Source: Candidatus Aminicenantes bacterium (GTDB lineage Bacteria; Acidobacteriota; Aminicenantia; Aminicenantales; Aminicenantaceae). From it: a stretch of 64,000 nucleotides of DNA. The translations under genes were made by a program, and so were the position numbers. The stretch spans positions 71,561-135,560 of the forward strand of contig WVXO01000012.1 of assembly GCA_011773465.1 (NCBI GenBank), read 5' to 3'. The notes below the pieces were generated by a model. That model was not told the origin of the DNA, made no database searches, and saw nothing but the letters and a program-made list of their open reading frames with translations. Below are positions 27,352 to 36,650 of this stretch, in pieces (position 1 is the stretch's first letter; each line of letters starts with the position of its first letter).

Positions 27352-28620
27352 ATGCCAGAATACCTCATTTTCTTGTTGATGATAGCGATCTTTGCGCTAT
27401 TGGCTATGTTGCTGAAACTCCCCATAGGCGTTTCCCTTGCCTTTTCTGCCCTGGCCGGCTCCCTTCTGGGAGGAGAAGGAATAGCTCTGCGTCATCTAGT
27501 AGAAGGAAGTTTTGGTTATTTTGATACTATTCTTATTATCGTCACGGCCATGATATTCATGAAAGTTCTGCAGGCATCAGGAATTCTGGACACTATCACA
27601 TCTCTCTTGTTGAGAACATTCTACAAGAAAAAATCCGCTCTCTTGCTAACCGCCATGTTTTTAGTCATGTTCCCAGGAATGATCACGGGTTCCTCAACGA
27701 CCGCAGTGCTCAGCACAGGAGCACTCGTTGCTCCGGTTCTTATGAAAATGGGGCTTTCCAAGGTCAAAACAGCGGCATTGATTGCCATGGGAGGAATTTT
27801 GGGTATGATTGCCCCTCCCGTAAATATCCTGGTCATGATCATGGGAGCAGGAGTTGATATGCCCTATGTGGGTCTCACCATTCCCCTTCTGATCATCGTC
27901 ATCCCCCTTGCTGTCGCCATATCTTTTTGGCTCGGATACAAAGATATCAAAATTATTGAATATGAAAAAATGAGAGCTGTACTTCCTCCATCCTATCACC
28001 AACAATATGGTTTTCGGTTGTATCTCCCGTTGATCGTAGTCATTGTTTTGATGCTCGGTCAAAGTATCCTTCCAAAAATCATGCCAGATATAGGTATACC
28101 AGCAATTTTTCTTGTGGGAAGCCTCATAGGACTTGGCTGCGGCAGATCTTTTAATTTTTTCAAAGCCACTCAGAAAGCAATAAAGGAATCTACGCCCATT
28201 CTCTGTATCTTGGTAGGAGTAGGCATGTTCATCCAGATCATGACCTTAACAGGTGCAAGGGGCTGGATAGTGATCTCCTTTCTCTCTCTTCCTTCTATCT
28301 TTCTTTATCTTGGAATAGCCACCAGTATGCCCCTGTTCGGGGCTGTCTCTGCCTTCGGATCTTCCTCCATCCTGGGAGTTCCGTTTATACTCGCCCTAAT
28401 AGACAAGAACGCAATTCTTACTTCCTCAGCCTTATCAGCTGTGGCGGGATTAGGGGATCTGATGCCGCCCACAGCTTTGGCAGGAATCTTTGCTGCTCAG
28501 GTTGTCGGTGAGGCCAATTATTTCAAGGTTATCCGCCATTGCCTCATGCCTGCCCTCTTTGAGCTTGTAATGGGAGTGGGTGTATTAATTTCCACTCCTT
28601 TATTGGATAAAATTATTTAG
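27352..28620 (+). CDS. TRAP-transporter large permease (DctM-like)
   Basis: 422 aa with about 12 hydrophobic helices and a DctM-like N-terminus and loop pattern. No DctP or normal-size DctQ gene is nearby. Confidence 0.8.
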   Translation: MPEYLIFLLMIAIFALLAMLLKLPIGVSLAFSALAGSLLGGEGIALRHLVEGSFGYFDTILIIVTAMIFMKVLQASGILDTITSLLLRTFYKKKSALLLTAMFLVMFPGMITGSSTTAVLSTGALVAPVLMKMGLSKVKTAALIAMGGILGMIAPPVNILVMIMGAGVDMPYVGLTIPLLIIVIPLAVAISFWLGYKDIKIIEYEKMRAVLPPSYHQQYGFRLYLPLIVVIVLMLGQSILPKIMPDIGIPAIFLVGSLIGLGCGRSFNFFKATQKAIKESTPILCILVGVGMFIQIMTLTGARGWIVISFLSLPSIFLYLGIATSMPLFGAVSAFGSSSILGVPFILALIDKNAILTSSALSAVAGLGDLMPPTALAGIFAAQVVGEANYFKVIRHCLMPALFELVMGVGVLISTPLLDKII

Positions 28621-28629
28621 AGGTCCTTA

Positions 28630-28773
28630 ATGCATATTGCATACCATCTTATTGTCTTTTACATAGTATGCCATTTAATCTGGTATCTCTTCCGCGAGAA
28701 GAAGTTCTGGAACCAGGTTTGCGCAGCTCTTGTTCTCATAATGTTTCTCCTCCGTGTTTTTCTGATTAAATAA
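28630..28773 (+). CDS. Unlisted 47-aa two-helix membrane peptide
   Basis: Translation MHIAYHLIVFYIVCHLIWYLFREKKFWNQVCAALVLIMFLLRVFLIK. GAGG lies 7 nt upstream. It sits 9 nt after the permease stop and 3 nt before the next ATG. It is below the 60-aa cutoff of the ORF track. Confidence 0.4.
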   Translation: MHIAYHLIVFYIVCHLIWYLFREKKFWNQVCAALVLIMFLLRVFLIK

Positions 28774-28776
28774 TTC

Positions 28777-29907
28777 ATGAAAAACATAAAAAACAAGTTT
28801 ATCTCAAGTCTTCTTGTTCTTTTCATCCTCGTTATCTGTTTTCTCTCCGCCCTCAAATTTCTAAGCATGCAAAAAAAAGAGGCTGTCTTCCCGAGTGAAG
28901 ACCTTACATCAAAAAAAATGCTCAGTGCCTATTTGCAGAGCCTGAAAAACACTTGGGGAGATACAGAGATTTACATCTATGAAGGACAAGAAAAGGGAGG
29001 AAACCTTTTGATCACGGGGGGCGCCCACCCCAATGAACCTGCAGGATTCATAACATCTGTTCTTCTCGTCGAAAATATTCAAGTTACAAAAGGAAAAATC
29101 ATTATTGTCCCAAGGGCTAATAACAGCGGTTTTACTCATAGCGATCCTCAGGAAGGAAACCCCCAGAGGTTTTCTTTTGAAACATCAACTGGCAGAAGGC
29201 AATTTCGCTATGGCTCTCGCCTGACCAATCCAGTCCACCAATGGCCGGATCCAACGCTTTACATCAATCCCGCGGGCCAAAAACTCTCAGGAACAGAAAG
29301 CCGAAATCTCAACCGCTGCTATCCAGGGAGAAAGAACGGGCGTTTAACAGAAAAAGTAGCGTATGGAATCATGGAACTTATCAAAAAGGAAAAAATCGAT
29401 TTAGCCATCGACTTGCATGAATCAGCTCCTGAATATCCCGTAATCAATGCCATTGTCTTCCATGAAAACAGTGAAGAGCTTGCAGCTCTAGCGCTCATGG
29501 ACCTTCAACTGGAAGGATTTGAATTTAGCCTGGAATTTTCTCCAAAAAACCTACGGGGTTTGAGCCACCGAGAATGGGGAGACCACGCTCATATTATGCC
29601 CATCCTTCTTGAGAGCGCGAATGCTTCCCACGGAAGACTCAAAGGAAAGACATCCCCTGCGCTGATTGTCGAAGGGAAAGACAAGAATTACGCCAAGGCA
29701 GCCAAGCTTGGACGACTTTTTGTCCCCTATGGTGAAGAAGGAGTTCCTCTAAAGTTAAGAGTGGCTCGCCACTTAGCTGCTGTAAAATCCATCCTCTCCA
29801 GCCTCGAAGAACTGCATCCCGAGAAAAGAATTGAAATCAAAAATATGCCGTCTTCCTCCAAGGTAAGAAACACGGGGATAGGGCCTTTTCTCAACCCTCC
29901 AAACTGA
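28777..29907 (+). CDS. Succinylglutamate desuccinylase/aspartoacylase (AstE/AspA, M14-like) family zinc hydrolase, signal-anchored
   Basis: 376 aa with GGAHPNEPAG (HxxE zinc ligands), a downstream AIDLHES motif and an N-terminal hydrophobic anchor. Confidence 0.75.
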   Translation: MKNIKNKFISSLLVLFILVICFLSALKFLSMQKKEAVFPSEDLTSKKMLSAYLQSLKNTWGDTEIYIYEGQEKGGNLLITGGAHPNEPAGFITSVLLVENIQVTKGKIIIVPRANNSGFTHSDPQEGNPQRFSFETSTGRRQFRYGSRLTNPVHQWPDPTLYINPAGQKLSGTESRNLNRCYPGRKNGRLTEKVAYGIMELIKKEKIDLAIDLHESAPEYPVINAIVFHENSEELAALALMDLQLEGFEFSLEFSPKNLRGLSHREWGDHAHIMPILLESANASHGRLKGKTSPALIVEGKDKNYAKAAKLGRLFVPYGEEGVPLKLRVARHLAAVKSILSSLEELHPEKRIEIKNMPSSSKVRNTGIGPFLNPPN

Positions 29908-29993
29908 CGCTAAGTTAAGATTTTACCGCTATTTAGATTGACAAACAAGCCTCATCTAATGTACTATATTTGGTCGACCAAATTTCTAGAAAA

Positions 29994-30872
29994 ATGGAAA
30001 TCATAGTAGCCAAAAATTCAGGATTGTGTTACGGAGTTAGAAGAGCTTTGGATATTGCAGGTGAAACAAGGCAGAAAAAAGCCGGAAAAGTACTTACTCT
30101 GGGAGACCTAATCCATAACCCTCAGGTTATAGCCGACCTGGAAAGACAAAGAATTCACTCCATAAACGACCTGGATGGGCTCAATCAAGCAACAGTTATC
30201 ATCCGAAGCCATGGAGTCTCTCCCGATATTTACGAATTACTCGCCCAAAAAAACATCGAAATTGTAGATGCTACCTGTCCTATCGTCAAAAAAATTCAAA
30301 AATTAGTCGAGGTCCTGGCCAAGGATAAAGAAGAAATAATCATCGTCGGGAACAAGGAACATCCAGAAATAAAAGGACTTATTGGATTCAGCCGAGGCAA
30401 AGGGATAATTGTAGAAAATGAGGACCAGGTTAAGAGCCTGCCTAACAGAAAAAAAAGAGCTGTCTTGGCGCAGTCCACTCAGGACCTCTACCTGTTTGAA
30501 AAAATTGTCGCCGCTCTCATCGAAAAAACTAAGGAGTTGAAGGTCTACAATACTATCTGTCGTTCCACACAAACTCGGCAAAAATCTACTTCTGAGTTGG
30601 CATCATATGTCGACACGCTTTTCATAGTGGGGGGAAAGAGCAGTTCCAACACAAATAAGCTTTACCAAATTTCAAAAAGAATTCTGCCCAACACATACTT
30701 TATTGAAAGTGCAACTCAAATTAAGACTGAAATGCTTAAAGGAGCGAAAAAAATAGGACTTTCAGGAGGTGCTTCCACTCCTCCTAGAGCTATCCAAGAA
30801 GCTGTTGCCAAAATTAAAAGTAGCTTCAAACACCAATTTCACAGGGAAAAGACCGTCCAATGTCAGAGATAA
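29994..30872 (+). CDS. ispH: 4-hydroxy-3-methylbut-2-enyl diphosphate reductase
   Basis: LytB-type sequence with the three conserved Cys (GLCYGV, ATCPIV, TICRST). ATG at 29994 is preferred over the TTG at 29970. Confidence 0.92.
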   Translation: MEIIVAKNSGLCYGVRRALDIAGETRQKKAGKVLTLGDLIHNPQVIADLERQRIHSINDLDGLNQATVIIRSHGVSPDIYELLAQKNIEIVDATCPIVKKIQKLVEVLAKDKEEIIIVGNKEHPEIKGLIGFSRGKGIIVENEDQVKSLPNRKKRAVLAQSTQDLYLFEKIVAALIEKTKELKVYNTICRSTQTRQKSTSELASYVDTLFIVGGKSSSNTNKLYQISKRILPNTYFIESATQIKTEMLKGAKKIGLSGGASTPPRAIQEAVAKIKSSFKHQFHREKTVQCQR

Positions 30873-32596
30873 CAAAAAAAGAAGAGGAAAATCTTTCTTC
30901 TAAAGACTACGAAAGTTTACTGGATCAATACCAGTTCAATGCCAAGGAAATAGCCCCTGGGAAAATAATCAAAGGTAAAGTGATTAAAGTCACTTCAACC
31001 CATGCCCTCGTAGATATTGGATTTAAGTCCGAAGGCATCATTCCCATGGAGGATTTCATTAGCATAAAGGACAAAAACGAAATCCATCCAGGTGACAATA
31101 TCGAAGCGATAGTGGAGAGAAGCGACCTAAAAGAAGGGTATCTCGTCCTCTCCCATAAAAAAGCAATTGCTTTCAAAGCTTTGAATAGTCTGGAAAGAGC
31201 TTACAACCACCACACGTGGGTAATGGGGAAAATAATTGAAAAAATAAAAAATGGATACACTGTCAATGTCGGAATCAATACTTTCCTCCCTGACTCGCAT
31301 GCTGACGTAAGAACAGTCAGAGAGCCTGAAAACCTTATAGGAAATAGATATAAATTTAAGGTTATAAAGTTTGACCGTAAATCCGAAAATGCTGTTCTTT
31401 CCCGAAAACTTTTCCTCCAGGATGAAAGGGAAAAAAGAAGAGTCCGGATTTTCAGCCAGCTGAGTCAGGGACAAAAAATCAAGGGTCAAGTGAAAAGCCT
31501 GACAAATTTCGGAGCATTCATAGATTTGGGAGGAGTAGAGGGGCTCCTTCATGTTTCGGATATGTCCTGGGGAAAAATAAATCATCCTTCAGAAATCTTC
31601 AAAGTCGGGGAAAAAGTAGAAGTTGTAGTCCTTGATTTTAACGAAAAAGAGGAAAAAATTTCTCTTGGGTATAAGCAAATGATCCCCAATCCTTGGGAAA
31701 ACGTAGAAGAAAAATATAAGATCGGGCAAAAAATAACAGGCAAAGTAGTAAGCCTGGCTGATTTTGGAGCATTCGTAGAACTCGAAAAGGGAGTGGAGGG
31801 ATTGATCCACGTTTCAGACCTGACCTGGACTCGAAAAGTTGTTCATCCAAAAAAAATCCTTACTCCTGGAGAAGAAGTAACGGTTTCTATACTGAATGTC
31901 AATCCTTCTACAAAAAGAATTTCTTTAGGCCTTAAACAGGTGATGCCTCATCCTTTAGAATTACTCAAGCAAAAATACAGTCCTGGGGCCCGAGTCAAAG
32001 GAACCATAACAAGCATAACCGATTTTGGTGCATTCATGGAGGTGGAGAAAGGAGTTGAGGGTCTCATCCATATTTCTGATATTTCCTGGGAAAAAATAAA
32101 ACATCCCTCTGAAAAGTTGAAAGTTGAGGAAGAAGTGGAAGCTATCATCCTAAACATTGACGTGAAGAAGCAAAAATTATCCCTTGGCATAAAGCAGCTA
32201 GAAGGCGATATTTGGGAGGATTTTTTCAATCGACAAAAGATAGGAGACCTTGTCAAGACCAAGATCGTCCGCCTCACTGATTTTGGAGTTTTTGTTGAAA
32301 TTACCCCTGGAATCGAAGGGGTTGTTTTCCTATCAGAGTTAGACGAACAGAAAATTGAAAAGCCAGAAGAGGCTTTTTCCCAGGGGGAAGAAAGAATAGC
32401 AAAAATCATAAAAATGAATCCTAAGGAGAAAAAAATATCTCTCAGCTTTAAGCAAGCTCGCTTAGAGCTCCAAAAATTAGAATATCAAAAATATCTTGAA
32501 AGCCAAGATGATAAACTCACTCTGGGGGATGTGTTTAAAGATCATTTCAAACAAATCCAATCTCCAAAAAAAAATAAAAAGGAGGAAAAAAGATGA
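30860..32596 (+). CDS. rpsA: 30S ribosomal protein S1
   Basis: 578 aa with six S1 domains (repeated G-x-V-x-x-[IL]-x-x-FGAF[IV][ED]). It overlaps the ispH end by 13 nt. Confidence 0.93.
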   Translation: MSEITKKEEENLSSKDYESLLDQYQFNAKEIAPGKIIKGKVIKVTSTHALVDIGFKSEGIIPMEDFISIKDKNEIHPGDNIEAIVERSDLKEGYLVLSHKKAIAFKALNSLERAYNHHTWVMGKIIEKIKNGYTVNVGINTFLPDSHADVRTVREPENLIGNRYKFKVIKFDRKSENAVLSRKLFLQDEREKRRVRIFSQLSQGQKIKGQVKSLTNFGAFIDLGGVEGLLHVSDMSWGKINHPSEIFKVGEKVEVVVLDFNEKEEKISLGYKQMIPNPWENVEEKYKIGQKITGKVVSLADFGAFVELEKGVEGLIHVSDLTWTRKVVHPKKILTPGEEVTVSILNVNPSTKRISLGLKQVMPHPLELLKQKYSPGARVKGTITSITDFGAFMEVEKGVEGLIHISDISWEKIKHPSEKLKVEEEVEAIILNIDVKKQKLSLGIKQLEGDIWEDFFNRQKIGDLVKTKIVRLTDFGVFVEITPGIEGVVFLSELDEQKIEKPEEAFSQGEERIAKIIKMNPKEKKISLSFKQARLELQKLEYQKYLESQDDKLTLGDVFKDHFKQIQSPKKNKKEEKR

Positions 32597-32871
32597 TTAA
32601 AGCTGATTTAATTAACAAAATTTCCAAAGAAATGAACATTTCCAAGCAAGAGGCGGAAACAGGAGTGAATCTTTTTTTCCAGACTATAAAAGAGGCGATC
32701 TTAAGCGGGGAAGAAATAGAATTAAGGGGTTTCGGAAGTTTTCGTTTCAGACAAAGAAATTCACGCTCAGGAAGAAATCCTCGAACCGGTGAACCGGTTC
32801 ATGTTCCTCCTAAGAAGGTTTTATACTTTAAGCCGAGTAAAATACTAAAAAACCTGATAAATAGTAAATGA
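32593..32871 (+). CDS. HU/IHF-family DNA-binding protein (IHF-beta-like)
   Basis: 92 aa with the motif GFGSFRFRQRNSRSGRNPRTGEPVHVP. Confidence 0.88.
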   Translation: MIKADLINKISKEMNISKQEAETGVNLFFQTIKEAILSGEEIELRGFGSFRFRQRNSRSGRNPRTGEPVHVPPKKVLYFKPSKILKNLINSK

Positions 32872-32874
32872 ATA

Positions 32875-33372
32875 ATGGAATATATCTCTGCTCCCTGGAG
32901 AAAAGAATACGTAAGACAAATATCCAAAATGAGCGGATGCATTTTCTGCCAAGCTCTTAAATCAAAAGACGACAAAGGAGCGTTCATCCTCTTTAGAGGC
33001 GCTCACAACTTTATCGTGTTGAACAAATATCCTTATACGTCTGGCCACCTAATGATTGCTCCTTACAAACACCTTTCTTCATTCGAGCGCGCAATAAAAG
33101 AATCGACTGATGAGATGACAGAACTCCTCAAATTGAGCCTAAATGTTCTGAAAAAGAAATATTGTCCTCAGGGCTTTAATACTGGCATGAACTTAGGTAA
33201 GAGTGCTGGGGCAGGCGTTGCCGATCATTACCATCTCCATGTTATACCACGTTGGACCGGAGATTCTCATTTCATGCCTATAGTGGGCGAAACAAAGGTG
33301 ATGATAGAAAATCTCGAAACGACATACGACCGGCTTCTTCCCCTTTTTCAGAAAGCAAAATTAGGCTCATAA
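32875..33372 (+). CDS. HIT-family nucleotide hydrolase/transferase
   Basis: 165 aa with the histidine triad HYHLHVIPRW. Confidence 0.85.
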   Translation: MEYISAPWRKEYVRQISKMSGCIFCQALKSKDDKGAFILFRGAHNFIVLNKYPYTSGHLMIAPYKHLSSFERAIKESTDEMTELLKLSLNVLKKKYCPQGFNTGMNLGKSAGAGVADHYHLHVIPRWTGDSHFMPIVGETKVMIENLETTYDRLLPLFQKAKLGS

Positions 33373-33450
33373 AAAAAATTGAGGTTCAAAATAACTTTCC
33401 GCCTATGACTGAAGAGGCAAGCAAACTTTCAGAACGAAAAAAATAAAAAA

Positions 33451-34596
33451 ATGAATTTTGAACTCACAGAAGATCAAAAGCTACTTAAAGCTATGATCAG
33501 GGATTTTGCCCAAAAGGAGATTGAGCCTCAAGCAAAAATCTTGGAAGATAACCACGAATTTCCTCATAAATTATTAAATAAGCTGGGAAAGCTAGGGATC
33601 CTGGGCATGGCTATTCCCTCAGAATATGGAGGTACAAAAACAGACCATCTATCCCTGAGTCTTGTCCTTGAAGAAATCGCTCGAGCGTCTCCTTCACTGG
33701 CCGTTATAGTCAGTGTTCATTGTGCGCTTTTTTGCTACTCCATCATGGAGTTTGGAAATAAGATTCAGAAGGAAAAATATCTTCCAAAAGCGGCCAAAGG
33801 GGAGATACTGGGAGCTTTTTCTTTGACTGAGCCAGGGGCAGGTTCAGATGCGACAAACCTAAAAACAAAATCGATAAGGGAAGGTGATTTTTATATCTTA
33901 AACGGGACAAAATCATGGGTTACGACTGGAAGCGAAGCAGGTGCCTCTATTATTTTTGCCTCGACAGGGATTAAGCCAGCCGCGAAGAAACTGAATGCTT
34001 TTATCGTCGAGAAAAATTTTCCAGGATTTAAGGCATCCAAGATTGAAGATAAGATGGGGCTGCATTCATCCTTGACTTCGGAACTTGTCTTGGAAGATTG
34101 TCGAGTTCCTGCGGAAAATCTTTTAGGAGAAGAAGGAAAAGGAGCAACAGTTGCCTTGCGTTGCCTCGACGGCTCAAGAATCGGCATTGCTGCCCAAGCC
34201 GTTGGTCTCGCTGATAGGGCCATTGAAGAGGGCGTTAAATATGCCCAACAGAGGGAGGCTTTTGGCAGAAAAATTTCCGAATTTCAGGCTATTCAATTCA
34301 TGATTGCTGATATGACCACACTCAGAGATGCGGCACGACTGCTAACTTACAAGGCTGCCGATTTAATGGATAAAGGGAAACCCCATAGCAAAGAATCTTC
34401 CATGGCCAAACTCTTCGCATCAGAAGCCGCCAACAAGATTGCCTATCAAGCTTTACAAATTCACGGAGGCTATGGATACTCAAGAGAATTTTTAGTTGAG
34501 CAACTTTATAGAGATGCCAGAGTTTTCTCTATCTATGAAGGCACATCTGAGATTCAGCGTCTGGTCATCTCTCGATATTTATTAGAAGAATGCTGA
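33451..34596 (+). CDS. Acyl-CoA dehydrogenase (short/medium-chain type)
   Basis: 381 aa with ACAD signatures GAFSLTEPGAGSD and YEGTSEIQRLVISR. Confidence 0.92.
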   Translation: MNFELTEDQKLLKAMIRDFAQKEIEPQAKILEDNHEFPHKLLNKLGKLGILGMAIPSEYGGTKTDHLSLSLVLEEIARASPSLAVIVSVHCALFCYSIMEFGNKIQKEKYLPKAAKGEILGAFSLTEPGAGSDATNLKTKSIREGDFYILNGTKSWVTTGSEAGASIIFASTGIKPAAKKLNAFIVEKNFPGFKASKIEDKMGLHSSLTSELVLEDCRVPAENLLGEEGKGATVALRCLDGSRIGIAAQAVGLADRAIEEGVKYAQQREAFGRKISEFQAIQFMIADMTTLRDAARLLTYKAADLMDKGKPHSKESSMAKLFASEAANKIAYQALQIHGGYGYSREFLVEQLYRDARVFSIYEGTSEIQRLVISRYLLEEC

Positions 34597-34598
34597 AG

Positions 34599-34624
34599 AA
34601 AAAATGGGGCCAGGCCCCTTTTTC
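34599..34624 (+). terminator. Intrinsic terminator, GGGGCC-A-GGCCCC hairpin plus T-run
   Basis: Sequence aaaaaatggggccaggcccctttttc begins 3 nt after the stop codon. It belongs to the palindrome family. Confidence 0.6.
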
Positions 34625-34674
34625 TGATGTTCTGTCCACGATTTGAGAATGTCCTTTTTCTTACAAAAATGCAG

Positions 34675-34694
34675 AAATGGGGCCTGGCCCCGTT
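34675..34694. repeat. GGGGCCTGGCCCC palindrome family copy
   Basis: Sequence aaatggggcctggccccgtt, 20 nt upstream of the ppiD start. Confidence 0.7.
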
Positions 34695-34713
34695 AAGTGA
34701 TTAAGGTGAGATC

Positions 34714-36645
34714 ATGTTAAAAGCAATGCGAAGAAACGTAAAAAAGTTGGCTCCTACGCTATGGCTAGTTATTGCTGCCTTTATTATTACTATTTTTGCA
34801 GTATGGGGAGGAGCTGGCCGTTTGGGAGAAACAAGAGCAGCTGGAGCCATTGTCACAATAGGCAAAGAGAGAATTTCCGCAGAATTTTACTTCCAGAATC
34901 TAAGACAGAGGCTTGAGGGATTAAAAAGAGAGTTCAAAGAACTAGATAGTAAGCTCATTCAGCAGCTCAATATCCCCCGACAAGTCCTCGAGCAGATCAT
35001 CCAACAAACCCTTCTCTATCAAAAAGCCAAAGAATTAGGCATAGATGCTTCTTCGGAAGAAATTCGAGAAAAAATTATCGGTTATCCTGTCTTCCAAAGG
35101 GAGGGAAAATTCATCGGGTTTGAAGAATACAAAAGAATTCTGGAATGGAACCGAATCTCCATCTCAGAATTTGAAGAAAGCCTCAAGAAAGAGATCATTC
35201 TCAACAAAGTTATGAAAGTCCTCACAGCTGGAATTACGCTTACCCCCGAAGAACTGTGGGAAAGCTATAAAAGCAAGAATGAATCCGCCAAGATGGAATT
35301 TGTCATCCTTGAAACTGAAAAGATAGATCTGAAAGAGGAACCTCTCTCCAGCGAAATTAAGGAATACTTTGAAGAGAACAAAGAAAACTACAAAATCCCC
35401 GAGAGAAGAGAAGCTGCGTTTGTCTTTCTCAAAACCGAAGATTTAAAAGCAGAAATCGAACTGACTGATGCTGACATAGAAAAATACTATAATGAGAATG
35501 AATCACAGTTTAAAGACCCTGAAAGATTGAAGGTCAGTAGAATCTATCTCCCTTATGATGAGAAAGAAAAAGAGCTTATTTTGGCAGAAGCCCAAGGAAT
35601 TTTAGAGAAGATCAAGGGCGGTGAAGATTTCGGTAATCTAGCAATAAAGCATTCCAAGGATAATAAAGCAAGTAACAGTGGGGACTGGGGTCTTTATGAG
35701 TGGCAAACATTACCCTCCAGGGAGAAGACAGAGATTGAGAAACTTTCTGAGGGAGAAACTTCTGGCGCTGTAGAACTTGAAGAGGGAATTTCTATCCTCA
35801 AAGTCACAGAAAAAAAGCCTTCGGTGATAAAATCCCTTGAAGAAGTCCGAGAAAGAATAAAAAGTACCCTCACAGACCAGAAAGCCAGAGAGTTGGCTGA
35901 AGAGAGAATTAGCAGATTAGAAAAAAGGGCAAGAAAGGAGAAAAGCCTTGGCGCAACCGCTCCAATAATTGGATTTGAATTAAAAAATACGGGTCTTCTC
36001 AAGAAGGGAGAGGCCATAGAAGACATTGACTCTGCCGGCACTATAAGCACCGCTCTTTTCGAACTCGAAGAAAAGGAAATATCTTCCCCTATTTATACCT
36101 ACAAAGGCATGGGAATTGCTCAACTCGAAAAAGTTGAACTTCCTCGCCAGGCTAACTTTGAAGAAGTGGAAGAGGAAGTCAAACAGGAATTCGTATCCAT
36201 AAGAAAGAAAGAGCAGGCCTTGGAAAAAATGAAAAAAGTTAAGGCAGAGCTCAAAGAAGCAAGCCTTGAGGGCTTGGCCGAAAAACATGGCCTTGAATTC
36301 AACACTGCCGATGAACACAAACGGGGACAGTATTTAAGCGTTATCGGAGAAAATGCAAAAATCGATGAACTCGCTTTTTCTCTTCCTTTAAATGAGGGAA
36401 GCGAACCCGTCGAGTTTGAAGAAGGTTATGCTTTGATTAAAATATTGGAAAGAAAAGAAGTAACACGAGAAGACCTTGAGCGAGATAAGGAAACAGAAAA
36501 GGAAAATCTGTTAGGGGAAAAAAAGAACAAATTCTTCCAATCTTATATGTCCAAATTAAGAGAAGAGAAGAAAGTTAAGATAAAATACGACCTTTTCCTT
36601 AAGATCAACTCTGATGTCCTCTCCAGGTACGAAGGAGAAGGATAG
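34714..36645 (+). CDS. ppiD: Periplasmic chaperone/peptidyl-prolyl isomerase PpiD-like
   Basis: 643 aa with an N-terminal membrane anchor, a SurA_N-like region and a central parvulin-like segment (FGNLAIKHSKDNKASNSGDWG). Confidence 0.8.
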   Translation: MLKAMRRNVKKLAPTLWLVIAAFIITIFAVWGGAGRLGETRAAGAIVTIGKERISAEFYFQNLRQRLEGLKREFKELDSKLIQQLNIPRQVLEQIIQQTLLYQKAKELGIDASSEEIREKIIGYPVFQREGKFIGFEEYKRILEWNRISISEFEESLKKEIILNKVMKVLTAGITLTPEELWESYKSKNESAKMEFVILETEKIDLKEEPLSSEIKEYFEENKENYKIPERREAAFVFLKTEDLKAEIELTDADIEKYYNENESQFKDPERLKVSRIYLPYDEKEKELILAEAQGILEKIKGGEDFGNLAIKHSKDNKASNSGDWGLYEWQTLPSREKTEIEKLSEGETSGAVELEEGISILKVTEKKPSVIKSLEEVRERIKSTLTDQKARELAEERISRLEKRARKEKSLGATAPIIGFELKNTGLLKKGEAIEDIDSAGTISTALFELEEKEISSPIYTYKGMGIAQLEKVELPRQANFEEVEEEVKQEFVSIRKKEQALEKMKKVKAELKEASLEGLAEKHGLEFNTADEHKRGQYLSVIGENAKIDELAFSLPLNEGSEPVEFEEGYALIKILERKEVTREDLERDKETEKENLLGEKKNKFFQSYMSKLREEKKVKIKYDLFLKINSDVLSRYEGEG

Positions 36646-36650
36646 CGGGA

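Noticed and set aside
27694-28062. 122-aa minus-strand ORF rich in His/Asp/Gly
   Set aside because: It is antisense to the hydrophobic DctM-like gene, where strong membrane-protein periodicity supports the sense frame.
28478-28493. TGGCAGgaatctTTGC near the 3' end of the DctM-like gene
   Set aside because: The spacing between the GG and GC elements is one nucleotide too long for sigma-54, and the sequence is within a CDS.
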